Positions 1 to 9,383 of a DNA stretch of 64,000 nucleotides are shown in pieces. Each line of letters begins with the position of its first letter. Position 1 is the first letter of the stretch. The position numbers and the translations under genes were made by a program. The notes below the pieces were generated by a model. That model had not been told where the DNA came from. It was given only the letters and a program-made list of their open reading frames with translations, and searched no databases. The DNA is from a bacterium (GTDB lineage Bacteria > Krumholzibacteriota > Krumholzibacteriia > LZORAL124-64-63), in contig JANOEP010000010.1 of assembly GCA_031441465.1 (NCBI GenBank), positions 32,001 through 96,000 on the forward strand, given 5' to 3'.

Positions 1-2
1 GC

Positions 3-524
3 CTGGCCCGGCGCTGCCTCGGCGCCGACGAGGGCAACAACGGCACGCCCACCGACGCGGACCTGCTGGCCGCCCGCTGGCAGCTCGAACGCGACCAGGA
101 TTCCCGGCTCGCCGACCGGATCGTCCGGGAACTGGAGCGCGCGTACCCGCTCTCGCCGGCGCTCGATCTCGTCCGCGGCCTGCAGCGGCAGCGCCTCGAA
201 CTGGCGCTGATGGACGCGGCGTCCTCGAGCCCGTCGCCGCCGCCCTCGGCGACGGCGGAGACCGACGACACCCCGACCGCCCGCTTCGTCCTGCAGCTCG
301 GCGCCTTCGGCGACCGCGGCCGGGCCCTGGCTTTCGTGGACCGCTGGCGGTCCTCGGTTCCCGGCCTGCACCTGGTGCAGTCGCACGATGCCCGCGGGCA
401 GCTCCTGCACAAGGTGCGCGCCGAATCCTACAGCGACCAGCCGGAGGCCGCCGCTCGCGCCACCGCTTTGAGCGCGTCGTTCGGCCTGCCGGTGATCGTG
501 GTCGACACCGCGGAGTCGCCGTGA
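3..524 (+). CDS. SPOR-domain cell-envelope protein (5'-partial, runs off the window start)
   Basis: Frame of the 210..524 ORF is open back to position 3; C-terminal 'FVLQLGAFGDRGRA...HKVR' is a SPOR signature; stop overlaps mutS start (GTGA). Confidence 0.75.
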   Translation: MARRCLGADEGNNGTPTDADLLAARWQLERDQDSRLADRIVRELERAYPLSPALDLVRGLQRQRLELALMDAASSSPSPPPSATAETDDTPTARFVLQLGAFGDRGRALAFVDRWRSSVPGLHLVQSHDARGQLLHKVRAESYSDQPEAAARATALSASFGLPVIVVDTAESP

Positions 525-3181
525 CCGGCAAGGCCGTTCCGGCCAAGACGACGACCAGGTTGACGCCCATGCTGGCGCAATACCTGGAGATCAAGGCCGC
601 CCACCCCGGCGCCCTGCTGCTGTTCCGCATGGGCGACTTCTTCGAGACGTTCTTCGACGACGCCAAGATCCTGGCCGACGTCTGCAACGTCACCCTCACG
701 ACCCGCGACCGCAACAGCGACCATCCGGTGCCCCTGGCCGGCGTGCCGCACCACGCCCTGGACGTCTACCTGGCGCGCCTGCTGGCCGCCGGCCTCACCG
801 TCGCGATCTGCGAGCAGACCGAGGATCCGGCCCAGGCCAAGGGCCTGGTCCGGCGCGAGGTCGTCGAGGTGATCAGCCCCGGCACCGCCACCGCGCCCGA
901 ACTGCTGCCCGGTCCCGGCGGCATGGTCTGCCTCGCCTACCACCGCGGCGCCGCTGGCGAGGCGGGCTGGGCGACCCTGGACGCTTCCACGGGCGAGTTC
1001 CGCTGCGGCCAGGAAGACGTCACGCTCCCGTCGCTCTGCGAGCGTTGCGCCGTGCGGGAGGTGATCACGGCCGAGACCGTCGACGCCGAGGAATTCCGGC
1101 GCTGGCGCGCGGGGCTGCCCGAGACCGTCCTGAGCGCCGTCAGCGCCGCCTGGTTCCATCCCGCGCTGGCCGCCGACACCCTGCGCGAGCACTTCGGCGT
1201 GCGCGACCTGGATGCGTTCGGCCTGACGCACGAGCGGGCTTCCCTGGCCGTCAGCGCCGCGGGCGCGTTGCTGCGTTACCTGACCTCGCTGAATCTGAAG
1301 CGCCCCGTCCAGATCGTCAGCCTGCAGTTCGCGGCGCGCGGGGACCACATGCTGCTGGACGAGGAGACGCTGCGCAACCTGGAGGTCTTCCGCACCCTGC
1401 GCGGCGAGCGCGGGGAGGGGACGCTCGTCCATCACCTCGACCGCACCGCGACTCCGGCCGGCCGCCGTCTGCTCGAGCGTCGCCTGGCCGAACCCCTGAC
1501 CGACCTGAACGCGCTCGCCGACTGGCACCGCGGCGTGGCTGGCGCCCTGGACGACCGCGACTGGCGCGAGGAAGTGCGGCGGCGGCTGCGGGGCGTGGGC
1601 GATCTGGATCGCGGGGCCGTGCGGGCCGCGTCCGGCCGCATCGGTCCGGCCGCGCTGCGCCAACTGGGCGAGTCCCTGCGCGCCGCGGGGGAGGCCCTGG
1701 CCGCGGTCCGCAGCGCAGGCCACGAAGCCCATCCGGCGGCCGCGTGGGTGCGGGATGTTCCCGATCCGGCACCGCTGGCGACGCGCCTGCTGGACACGCT
1801 CGCCGAGCAGCCGCCGGCGGTGATGCGCCCCGGCGAGGTCGTGCGCACCGGCGTGTCGGCGGAACTGGACGCCGCCTTGGCCGTGGCCAGCGACACGCGC
1901 GGCTTCCTGGCGGCGCTGCAGGCCCGCGAGCGCGAACGCACCGGCATCTCCACGCTCAAGATCGGCTACAACCGGGTCTTCGGTTACTACTATGAGATCT
2001 CCAACAAGCACCTCGACAAGGTCCCGCCCGAGTTCGCGCAGAAGCAGACCCTCGTCAACGCCGCGCGCTTCCGCACCGACGAGCTGTCGGCCGCCGAGCA
2101 GACCATCCTGGACGCGGAAGAGCGCATGGGCCGGCTCGAAGCCGAGATCTTCGCCGCCCTGGTCGCCGACGTGGCGGCGGCCCTGGAGCGGATCCGCACC
2201 TTGTCCGCCCGCGTGGCCGAGGTCGACCTGCTGTTCGCCTTCGCCGAGCTGGCCGAGCGGCACCGTTACGTGCGGCCGGTCTGCGACGACTCGCTGGTGC
2301 TGGACATCGTCGACGGCCGCCATCCGGTCGTCGAGCAACTGCTGGACGGGGAATTCATCCCCAACGACGCTCTGCTGGACGGCGACGTGCGTCAGGTGCT
2401 GCTGCTCACGGGCCCCAACATGGGCGGCAAGAGCACCTACCTGCGCCAGGTCGCGCTGCTGGTCCTGATGGCGCAGGCGGGCAGTTTCGTGCCGGCCGCC
2501 CGTGCCCGCATCGGCGTCGCCGACCGGATCTTCACGCGGGTCGGCGCCGGCGACAACGTGGCCCGCGGGCAGTCGACCTTCTACGCGGAGATGAGCGAAA
2601 CGGCGCGCATCCTGCACCAGATGTCCCGCCGCAGCCTGGTCGTCCTGGACGAGGTCGGGCGCGGCACCTCCACCTACGACGGCCTGTCCCTGGCCTGGGC
2701 CATCACCGAGTTCCTCCACCACGACGACGGCCCGCGCCCGCGCACGATCTTCGCCACCCACTACCACGAACTCACCGGGCTGGAGAAGACGCTGCCGCGC
2801 CTGGTCAACCTGCGGCTCGAGGTGCGGGAGTGGCAGGGGAGCATCATCTTCCTGCACGCGGTCAAGCCGGGCTGCAGCGACAAGAGCTACGGGATCCACG
2901 TCGCCCGCCTCGCCGGCGTGCCCGAGCCGGTGCTGCGGCGCGCCGAAGAGCTGCTGGCCCTTTTCAGCAGCGAGGACGCCCGCACCCTCGCGCCCGAGCG
3001 CCTGTCCGGGACGCCCGGCTTCTCCCTGGCGGCGGACCGCCCGGCCGCGGCGACGCGGCAGCTCTCGCTGTTCTCCGACGGCGAGCGCGACGCCCTGGAC
3101 GCCCTGCGCGACTTGGACCTCGAGGGCATCAGCCCCATGGACGCCTTCCTCTGGCTCGCCCGCATCAAGAGGCAGCTCTGA
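521..3181 (+). CDS. mutS: DNA mismatch repair protein MutS
   Basis: TPMLAQYLEIK, FRMGDFFETF, Walker A TGPNMGGKSTYLRQ, STFYAEM, DEVGRGTST, FATHYHEL. Confidence 0.98.
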   Translation: MTGKAVPAKTTTRLTPMLAQYLEIKAAHPGALLLFRMGDFFETFFDDAKILADVCNVTLTTRDRNSDHPVPLAGVPHHALDVYLARLLAAGLTVAICEQTEDPAQAKGLVRREVVEVISPGTATAPELLPGPGGMVCLAYHRGAAGEAGWATLDASTGEFRCGQEDVTLPSLCERCAVREVITAETVDAEEFRRWRAGLPETVLSAVSAAWFHPALAADTLREHFGVRDLDAFGLTHERASLAVSAAGALLRYLTSLNLKRPVQIVSLQFAARGDHMLLDEETLRNLEVFRTLRGERGEGTLVHHLDRTATPAGRRLLERRLAEPLTDLNALADWHRGVAGALDDRDWREEVRRRLRGVGDLDRGAVRAASGRIGPAALRQLGESLRAAGEALAAVRSAGHEAHPAAAWVRDVPDPAPLATRLLDTLAEQPPAVMRPGEVVRTGVSAELDAALAVASDTRGFLAALQARERERTGISTLKIGYNRVFGYYYEISNKHLDKVPPEFAQKQTLVNAARFRTDELSAAEQTILDAEERMGRLEAEIFAALVADVAAALERIRTLSARVAEVDLLFAFAELAERHRYVRPVCDDSLVLDIVDGRHPVVEQLLDGEFIPNDALLDGDVRQVLLLTGPNMGGKSTYLRQVALLVLMAQAGSFVPAARARIGVADRIFTRVGAGDNVARGQSTFYAEMSETARILHQMSRRSLVVLDEVGRGTSTYDGLSLAWAITEFLHHDDGPRPRTIFATHYHELTGLEKTLPRLVNLRLEVREWQGSIIFLHAVKPGCSDKSYGIHVARLAGVPEPVLRRAEELLALFSSEDARTLAPERLSGTPGFSLAADRPAAATRQLSLFSDGERDALDALRDLDLEGISPMDAFLWLARIKRQL

Positions 3182-3217
3182 GCCGTTTTTCTTCAGCGGC
3201 GCCTCCAGCCGCCGATG

Positions 3218-3223
3218 TATAAT
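3218..3223 (+). promoter_or_regulatory. -10 box (TATAAT) just upstream of the 3229 ATG; probable leaderless promoter
   Basis: TATAAT-ccgcc-ATG with no Shine-Dalgarno sequence. Confidence 0.5.
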
Positions 3224-3228
3224 CCGCC

Positions 3229-4920
3229 ATGCGTACCCCAACCGGACGGCCCGCTATCTGGAACGTCGCTTTTTTCATGCCCGCGGAGCGGGATGTGCCG
3301 TTGCTCGCCGAGGCCACGCAGCACGCCGACGTGCGCGTGCTCGGCGTGATCGCTCCCGATCGCTCGGCGCCGGCGGCCGCCCTGGCCGAGGTGATGGGGC
3401 TGACGATCTGGTCCGACCCGGCCGAGGCTCCGTTCCCGCGCGGCACCTTGCTGGTCGAACTGGCGGCCGCCGAGGCGCCGGCGCTGCAGGCTGCGGCGAC
3501 GTCGCGCGGTTGGCGGCGCCTGGGCGGCGAGGACTTCCGCGGCCTGCTGCACCCGGCCCCAACGTCACCGGTCCCGTCCTCCGCCGCCGACAGCGCCGTG
3601 CCGCCCCCAGCCGACGGGAGGGCCGACGCCGAGGCGTTCGTCCGGTCCCTGGATCGCGACCTCGCCGATCTCGCCGGCGGGGCGCAGGACCTGCCGGGGG
3701 TCCTGGCCGCCTGGACCTCGACCCTGGCCCTGCGCCTCGACGCGCGCCACGCCACGCTGGCGCTGCTGCGCGAGGACGGGTCGCTCCTGCTGGCCGAAGG
3801 CACGCCCGCCGGCGAAACCCGGCTCGAGGACGGCGACGCCGGCGCGTCCCCCTGGCGGGAGGTCTTCGCCGCCTCGCGACAGTTCGTGGCGGTCGAGCAG
3901 GGTGCCGATGACGGCCTGCACCTGACCGCCTGGCCGCTGACGTCCCTGGACGACGAACCGTCGGCCCGGACCCCACGCGCCGCTCTGGCCGCCGGGCACG
4001 TCGGCGCCGCGGCGGCCGCCCGCTTCCAGGCGCTGGGCGAAGTCCTGGCGCCCGTGCTGGGCCTGCGTTGCGAACTGCTGCGCCGTCAGACGGAACACGC
4101 GGCCCTCGCCGCCCGCTTCGAAGAACTGACGACGGCGGCGGCGTCGCTGGCCGCCGTGCCGGGCGACGCGGAACTCGCGCTGGCCGCCACGCTGCGGCGC
4201 TGCTGCGGCGCCCTCGCGGCCGAGCGGCGACCGGCGGACGCCGACCCCGTCTTCGACGGGATCGCTCCCGGTCAGTGGCTGGCCTTCGCGACACCCGGCT
4301 GCTTGCCGCGCTTGATCCTGCGCGTGGGGGCGTCCTGTTGGGACCTGCAGGGCAAGCAACGCCGCCACCCCTGGGACGCCGCCCATTTCACCGGCGACGA
4401 CGCCGCCGCGGCCGGATTGCTGCTGGCCGCGTCGCACCGCCGCCCGTCCGCGCCGCCGCCCGCGGCGCCCGCCGCCCACGTTCCCGCGCCGATCGTGGCG
4501 CGCGCGACGTCGCCCACGTCCGACCCCCCAGCCTCGGCTCCCGCGGTTCCGGAAGCGCTCCTGGACCTGCTCGCGCGGGAGATGGACCGCGCCGACCGCT
4601 ACCACGGCGCCTTTTCCCTGTCGGCCTTCCGCTCGCCGGCGGCTCTGGGACCCCTGCTGAGCGCCCTGGCCGCCCGGCTGCGCTCCTCCGACCGCGTGTT
4701 CGGCCACGACCCCTCCACGCTGCTGGTCTTCGCGCCCGACGAGAACCATGCCGTCGCCCAGCTGGAACAGCGGGTGCGCGACGCCCTGCCCGACCTGACC
4801 GGCATCGCGGAACTGCGCGTGAAGGCCGGGCGGGCGCTCTACCCCGGTCGCTTCACCTCGCCCGCCGAACTGGTGGCGGCCGCCCTGGCCGGCATCGACA
4901 CCGACACTCACGGCGATTGA
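3229..4920 (+). CDS. Hypothetical signalling protein: Rossmann-like N-terminus, GAF-like middle, degenerate GGDEF-like C-terminus
   Basis: 563-aa ORF filling the mutS-mutL gap; C-terminus 'LLAREMDRADRYHGAFSL...LRSSDRVFGHDPSTLLVFAP...AGRALYP...ELVAAA' follows the GGDEF pattern but has no GG(D/E)EF. Confidence 0.55.
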   Translation: MRTPTGRPAIWNVAFFMPAERDVPLLAEATQHADVRVLGVIAPDRSAPAAALAEVMGLTIWSDPAEAPFPRGTLLVELAAAEAPALQAAATSRGWRRLGGEDFRGLLHPAPTSPVPSSAADSAVPPPADGRADAEAFVRSLDRDLADLAGGAQDLPGVLAAWTSTLALRLDARHATLALLREDGSLLLAEGTPAGETRLEDGDAGASPWREVFAASRQFVAVEQGADDGLHLTAWPLTSLDDEPSARTPRAALAAGHVGAAAAARFQALGEVLAPVLGLRCELLRRQTEHAALAARFEELTTAAASLAAVPGDAELALAATLRRCCGALAAERRPADADPVFDGIAPGQWLAFATPGCLPRLILRVGASCWDLQGKQRRHPWDAAHFTGDDAAAAGLLLAASHRRPSAPPPAAPAAHVPAPIVARATSPTSDPPASAPAVPEALLDLLAREMDRADRYHGAFSLSAFRSPAALGPLLSALAARLRSSDRVFGHDPSTLLVFAPDENHAVAQLEQRVRDALPDLTGIAELRVKAGRALYPGRFTSPAELVAAALAGIDTDTHGD

Positions 4921-4988
4921 CGCTACGGCTCCCTGCCCGTTATCTTGTCCTGCCACACCCCGCGAGGCCCGCAACCCGACAGGACGCC

Positions 4989-6815
4989 ATGGCCGTCATG
5001 CAGCGCAAGCCCATCCGCGTGCTCGACAGCGCGTCGGTCGACCGCATCGCCGCCGGCGAAGTGATCGAACGCCCGGCTTCGGTGGTCAAGGAACTCGTCG
5101 AGAACGCGCTGGACGCGGGCGCGCGCATCGTCCGGATCAACGTGGAGGACGGGGGCCTGGCCTCCATCAGCGTCGACGACGACGGGTCCGGCATCCCGTT
5201 CCGCGAACTGCCCCTGGTCTGCGAGCGCCACGCCACGAGCAAGATCGTCTCGTCCGCGGACATCGTGCAGGTCGCCTCCTTCGGCTTCCGCGGCGAGGCG
5301 ATGGCGAGCATCGCCTCGGTCAGCCGCACGACCATCCTCTCCCGCACCGAGGACGAGGACGTCGGCGGGATGATCCGCATCATCGGCGGCACCATCGAGC
5401 GGCGCGAGCCGGCGCCGCGCAACCGCGGCACCACCATCACAGTCGAGGACCTGTTCTACAACACGCCCGCCCGGCGCAAGTACCTCAAGCTGCCCCAGGC
5501 CGAGAAGCGGGCCGTCCTGCAGACGGTGCAGTCCCTGGCCCTGGCCTACCCCGAGGTGCGCTGGCGGTTCACGGCCGACGGCGTCCTGCTGCTGGACCTG
5601 CTGCCGGCCGACTCGCTGCCGGCCCGCGCCCGGGAGATCCTCGGCGCGGCCTGCCTCGAGCACATGGCCCGCTTCGAGGCGCAGGAGGGGGGCGTCGTCG
5701 TCGGCGGCCTCGCCTCGCGCCCCACCTGGACGCGCCCCACGCGCGCCGACCAGTACGTCTTCGTCAACCGGCGGCCCGTCGAGAGCGCGCCGCTGTTCCA
5801 GGCCATCCGCGTGGCCTTCAAGGATGTGATCCCACCGGGCCGCTTCCCGTCGGTACTGCTGTTCCTGCAGGTGCCCTACGGCGACGTCGACGTCAACGTC
5901 CACCCCGCCAAGACCGAGGTGCGCCTGATGCTCGAGCGCCACATCTTCGGCATGGTGGTGCACGCGCTGCGCGAGGCGTTGGACCTGCGAACCGACCCCG
6001 CGTTCCGGCCCGTCGCGGGCGATGAACTGCCGGCGCCGGGCACGGCGCGCGGTCCCCTGCAGAGCATCGTCGAGGCGCAGGAGGACTACCTGCGCCGGCA
6101 TTTCACCGGTTCGGCGTCCACCGCCCCCGCCGCGTCCGGGCAGCCCGGCCTCTTCGACGCGTCGCGCCAGGCGCCCGCGTCCGAAGCCGGAGAACCGGCG
6201 CCCCCCACCCAGGCGGAGGACGACAGCACCGCGATCGCGCCGCGACAGGCGCCCTTCTGGCAACTCCACCGCACCTACATCTGCACCCAGACCAAGGGCG
6301 GGCTGTTGCTGATCGACCAGCACAACAGCCACGAGCGCATCCTCTACAACGAGGCCCAGAAATCCCTGGCCGCCGGCCAGCTGCGCTTTCCCGTCCAGCA
6401 GCTGCTCTTCCCCGTCACGCTGGACCTGACCCCGCTGCAGTTGCAGAGCTACCAGGCGGCGAGCGTCGACCTGGAGAAGCTCGGTTTCATCATCCAGCCC
6501 TTCGGCGGCCGCTCGGTGCTCGTGCAGGGCGTCCCAACCTCGCTGAAGAACTGGAACGAGGGCCAACTGCTGCTGGACATCCTGGATGACCTCGCCGGCG
6601 CCTCGCGCACCGGCCACGCGGCGCACGACGACCTGCTGGCCAGCTTCGCCTGCCACGGCGCGGTGCGCGCCGGCGCGCTGCTGACCATCCCCGAAATGCA
6701 AAACCTGCTGGACCTGCTGTTCGCCACCGACACGCCGCTGAGCTGCCCCCACGGCCGTCCCACGATGATCCAGTACCCGATCGAGGAACTCGAGAAGCGC
6801 TTCGGGAGACGCTGA
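4989..6815 (+). CDS. mutL: DNA mismatch repair protein MutL
   Basis: IAAGEVIERPASVVKELVENALDA, RHATSKI, SFGFRGEA, DVNVHPAK, endonuclease motif DQHNSHERILYN, CPHGRP; start set at ATG 4989 within the 4068..6815 ORF. Confidence 0.97.
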   Translation: MAVMQRKPIRVLDSASVDRIAAGEVIERPASVVKELVENALDAGARIVRINVEDGGLASISVDDDGSGIPFRELPLVCERHATSKIVSSADIVQVASFGFRGEAMASIASVSRTTILSRTEDEDVGGMIRIIGGTIERREPAPRNRGTTITVEDLFYNTPARRKYLKLPQAEKRAVLQTVQSLALAYPEVRWRFTADGVLLLDLLPADSLPARAREILGAACLEHMARFEAQEGGVVVGGLASRPTWTRPTRADQYVFVNRRPVESAPLFQAIRVAFKDVIPPGRFPSVLLFLQVPYGDVDVNVHPAKTEVRLMLERHIFGMVVHALREALDLRTDPAFRPVAGDELPAPGTARGPLQSIVEAQEDYLRRHFTGSASTAPAASGQPGLFDASRQAPASEAGEPAPPTQAEDDSTAIAPRQAPFWQLHRTYICTQTKGGLLLIDQHNSHERILYNEAQKSLAAGQLRFPVQQLLFPVTLDLTPLQLQSYQAASVDLEKLGFIIQPFGGRSVLVQGVPTSLKNWNEGQLLLDILDDLAGASRTGHAAHDDLLASFACHGAVRAGALLTIPEMQNLLDLLFATDTPLSCPHGRPTMIQYPIEELEKRFGRR

Positions 6816-6816
6816 C

Positions 6817-7758
6817 GTGGGCGGCGAGGCGCCCCGCCCCACCTGTCCGGTGATCGCCGGCCCCACCGCCGTCGGCAAGACCGGGTTGGTGGTCGAGTTG
6901 GCCGCGCGTTTCCCGATCGAGGTCATTTCGCTCGACAGCCGGCAGATTTATCGCGGACTGCGGCTCGGCACCGCCCAGCCCGACGCGGCCGAACTCGCCG
7001 CCTGCCCCCACCACCTCGTGGACTTCCTGCCCCCACAGGCGCGCTATTCGGCGCGCCGCTTCCGCGACGATGTTCAGCGCGTCGCGGCGGAGATCCGCGC
7101 CCGCGGCCGCTGCCCGGTGCTCGTCGGCGGGGCGGGGCTCTACCTGACCGCGATGCGCGACGGGTTGTTCCAGCTGCCGGCCGACCCCGCCGCCCTGGCT
7201 GCGATCCGCGACGAGTTGGGCGCGCTGCCCGACGAGCAGATCCGCGACCGCCTGCGCGCCGAGGATCCCGCGAGCTGGGAGCGCATCCACGCGCGCGACC
7301 GCTACCGTAGCCAGCGCGCCCTGGAGATCCGACGGCTGGCGGGGGAGTCCATGAGCGACCTGATGGCCGCGCGCCGTCCGGATCCCGCCTTGGGCTGGGA
7401 CTACCCGCTGGTGGTGCTCGATCGCGATCGAGGCGACCTGCGCGCGCGCATCGCCCGACGTCTGCAGTCCATGCTGGACGCGGGATGGCTCGCCGAAACG
7501 GCCGAGCTGATGGAGCGTCACGACCACGCTTGCCCGGGCCTGCTGACGCTGGGTTACCGGGAACTGGTCGCGCACCTGCGGGGGGAGACGGACCTGGCGG
7601 CGGCGCTCGCGCAGGTGACCCTGCGCACCGGACAGTACGCCAAGCGCCAGCAGACCTGGTTCCGCGCCCAGCCTCACCGGTACCGCGGAGCCCCCGACGA
7701 CCCGGCCTTGCGGGAGGCCCTGGTTCGCCTGCTGGAACTCGCCTGCGAGGGCGCCTGA
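6817..7758 (+). CDS. miaA: tRNA dimethylallyltransferase
   Basis: GPTAVGKT, DSRQIYRGLRLGTA, VGGAGLY, YAKRQQTWF; follows mutL. Confidence 0.96.
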   Translation: MGGEAPRPTCPVIAGPTAVGKTGLVVELAARFPIEVISLDSRQIYRGLRLGTAQPDAAELAACPHHLVDFLPPQARYSARRFRDDVQRVAAEIRARGRCPVLVGGAGLYLTAMRDGLFQLPADPAALAAIRDELGALPDEQIRDRLRAEDPASWERIHARDRYRSQRALEIRRLAGESMSDLMAARRPDPALGWDYPLVVLDRDRGDLRARIARRLQSMLDAGWLAETAELMERHDHACPGLLTLGYRELVAHLRGETDLAAALAQVTLRTGQYAKRQQTWFRAQPHRYRGAPDDPALREALVRLLELACEGA

Positions 7759-7816
7759 AGCCCGCGCGGCGCGCTTGACAGCGACCGTGAAGCCGGGCTA
7801 TCTTGCCTGTCCTGGA

Positions 7817-7892
7817 GCGGGCTTAGCTCAGTTGGTAGAGCATCAGCTTCCCAAGCTGAGGGTCGCGGGTCCGAGTCCCGTAGCCCGCTCCA
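7817..7892 (+). tRNA. tRNA-Gly (CCC)
   Basis: Acceptor GCGGGCT/AGCCCGC, anticodon arm TCAGC-TTCCCAA-GCTGA, encoded CCA; TTGACA at 7775 upstream. Confidence 0.95.
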
Positions 7893-7985
7893 ACAAGCTC
7901 GGAAAAAGGAACGGGTTGCGGAGACGCAGCCCGTTTTCCTATCCTGCACGGATGATCTCGCCGCCACCCGAGCCGGACGGACGCC

Positions 7986-9287
7986 ATGATCCAGCTGATC
8001 CAGCCCTTCCCCTCGCCCCTGGACCGCGCCCATGCCTGGCGCGAGGGCGATGCGGTGACCGAGGTCGACGGCACGCCCGTCGAGGACATGCTCGACCTCT
8101 ACTACTACATGCCCCACGGCGAGAAGATGACCCTGACCATCGCCAGCCGCGACGGCGCCGTGAACAGCGTGGCCTTCGAGCCCTACGCGCTGGACAAGGT
8201 CATGAGCTGCTTCGCCGCCATGGAGTTCAAGACCTGCGCCTGCGACTGCGTCTTCTGCTTCATCGACCAGAACCCCCAGGGCATGCGCTCGAGCGTCTAC
8301 GTCAAGGACGAGGACTACCGGCTCAGCTTCCTTTACGGCAACTACATCACCCTGACCTCGCTGGGCCGACGCGGCCTGGAACGCGTCATCCGCCAGAAGA
8401 TGACCCCGCTGTTCGTCTCGGTCCACGCCACCGACATCGACGTGCGCACGCGCATGCTGGGCATCAAGCGCCGCATCGATGTGCTGGCGATCCTGAGGCA
8501 GCTGGTCGAGGGCGGCATCACCATCCACGCGCAGGTCGTGCTGTGCCCGGGCTGGAACGACGGGCCCGTGCTGGAGCAGTCGATCGCCGACCTGTTCGCG
8601 CTGTACCCGGGGGTGGAAACCCTGGCCGTGGTGCCGGTCGGCCTGTCGGCCCACCGCGAGGGCCTGACGAAGCTCGACCCGGTCACGCCGCGGATCGCCG
8701 CCGACACCATCGACCTGGTGGGCGTCTGGCAGGAACGCTGCCGCGCGCAGACCGATTCGACGTTCGTCCACCTCAGCGACGAGTTCTACCTGCTGACCGG
8801 CCGCCCCTTCCCCCCGCAGGACCAGTACGGGGACTTCGCCCAGCTCGACAACGGCATCGGGCTGACCCGCGGTCTGGAGCAGGCCTGGCGCGAGGCCCTG
8901 CAGGAACGCGCGGCCCACGGCAAACTGCCGATCCGCCCGGTGACGGTGCTGACCGGGAAGCTCGGCGAGCTGGCCTTCTCGCAGCGCCTGTTGCCGGCGC
9001 TGGACCGGCCCGGCCTGCCCGCGATCGAGGTGGTGGGGGTGGAGAACCGCTTCTACGGCGCGAGCGTGACGGTGGCCGGCCTGCTCTCCGGCGGCGACAT
9101 CCGGCGCGCCCTGGCCGAGCTGCCCGCCGCGCCCGTGCGCGACGTGCTGCTGCCGCCGCGGATGTTCAACAGCGACAACCTCACCCTCGACGGCCTCGAC
9201 CTCGACGCCGTCGCCGCGGGCCAGCCCCATCGCCTCCACATCCCCGACGAGGAAGGTCTCATTGACTTCTGGTCGGCGATGGGCTAA
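7986..9287 (+). CDS. PDZ / radical-SAM-like DUF512 protein
   Basis: CACDCVFCFIDQNP (CxxxCxxC), KDEDYRLSFLYGNYITLT, VSVHAT, DEFYL, QLDNGIG, VTVAGLLSG; typical neighbour of der. Confidence 0.88.
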   Translation: MIQLIQPFPSPLDRAHAWREGDAVTEVDGTPVEDMLDLYYYMPHGEKMTLTIASRDGAVNSVAFEPYALDKVMSCFAAMEFKTCACDCVFCFIDQNPQGMRSSVYVKDEDYRLSFLYGNYITLTSLGRRGLERVIRQKMTPLFVSVHATDIDVRTRMLGIKRRIDVLAILRQLVEGGITIHAQVVLCPGWNDGPVLEQSIADLFALYPGVETLAVVPVGLSAHREGLTKLDPVTPRIAADTIDLVGVWQERCRAQTDSTFVHLSDEFYLLTGRPFPPQDQYGDFAQLDNGIGLTRGLEQAWREALQERAAHGKLPIRPVTVLTGKLGELAFSQRLLPALDRPGLPAIEVVGVENRFYGASVTVAGLLSGGDIRRALAELPAAPVRDVLLPPRMFNSDNLTLDGLDLDAVAAGQPHRLHIPDEEGLIDFWSAMG

Positions 9288-9383
9288 CGTCCCGCCCAGC
9301 AACGCGCGCCTTTTCCTGGCACGCGTCATCTTCTTGTTTGAAAAGTGATTGCAGGCCTCGCTTCAAGTGCGGAAGGATGGGAC

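Noticed and set aside
4068..4988. Apparent long N-terminal extensions or fusions in the ORF track (mutL here; also the porin ORF 24036..27068, nadK 40730..43609, holA, pheT, GT2)
   Set aside because: Extensions are Arg/Pro/Gly-rich read-through of the upstream gene in another frame; family homology begins at the downstream starts chosen
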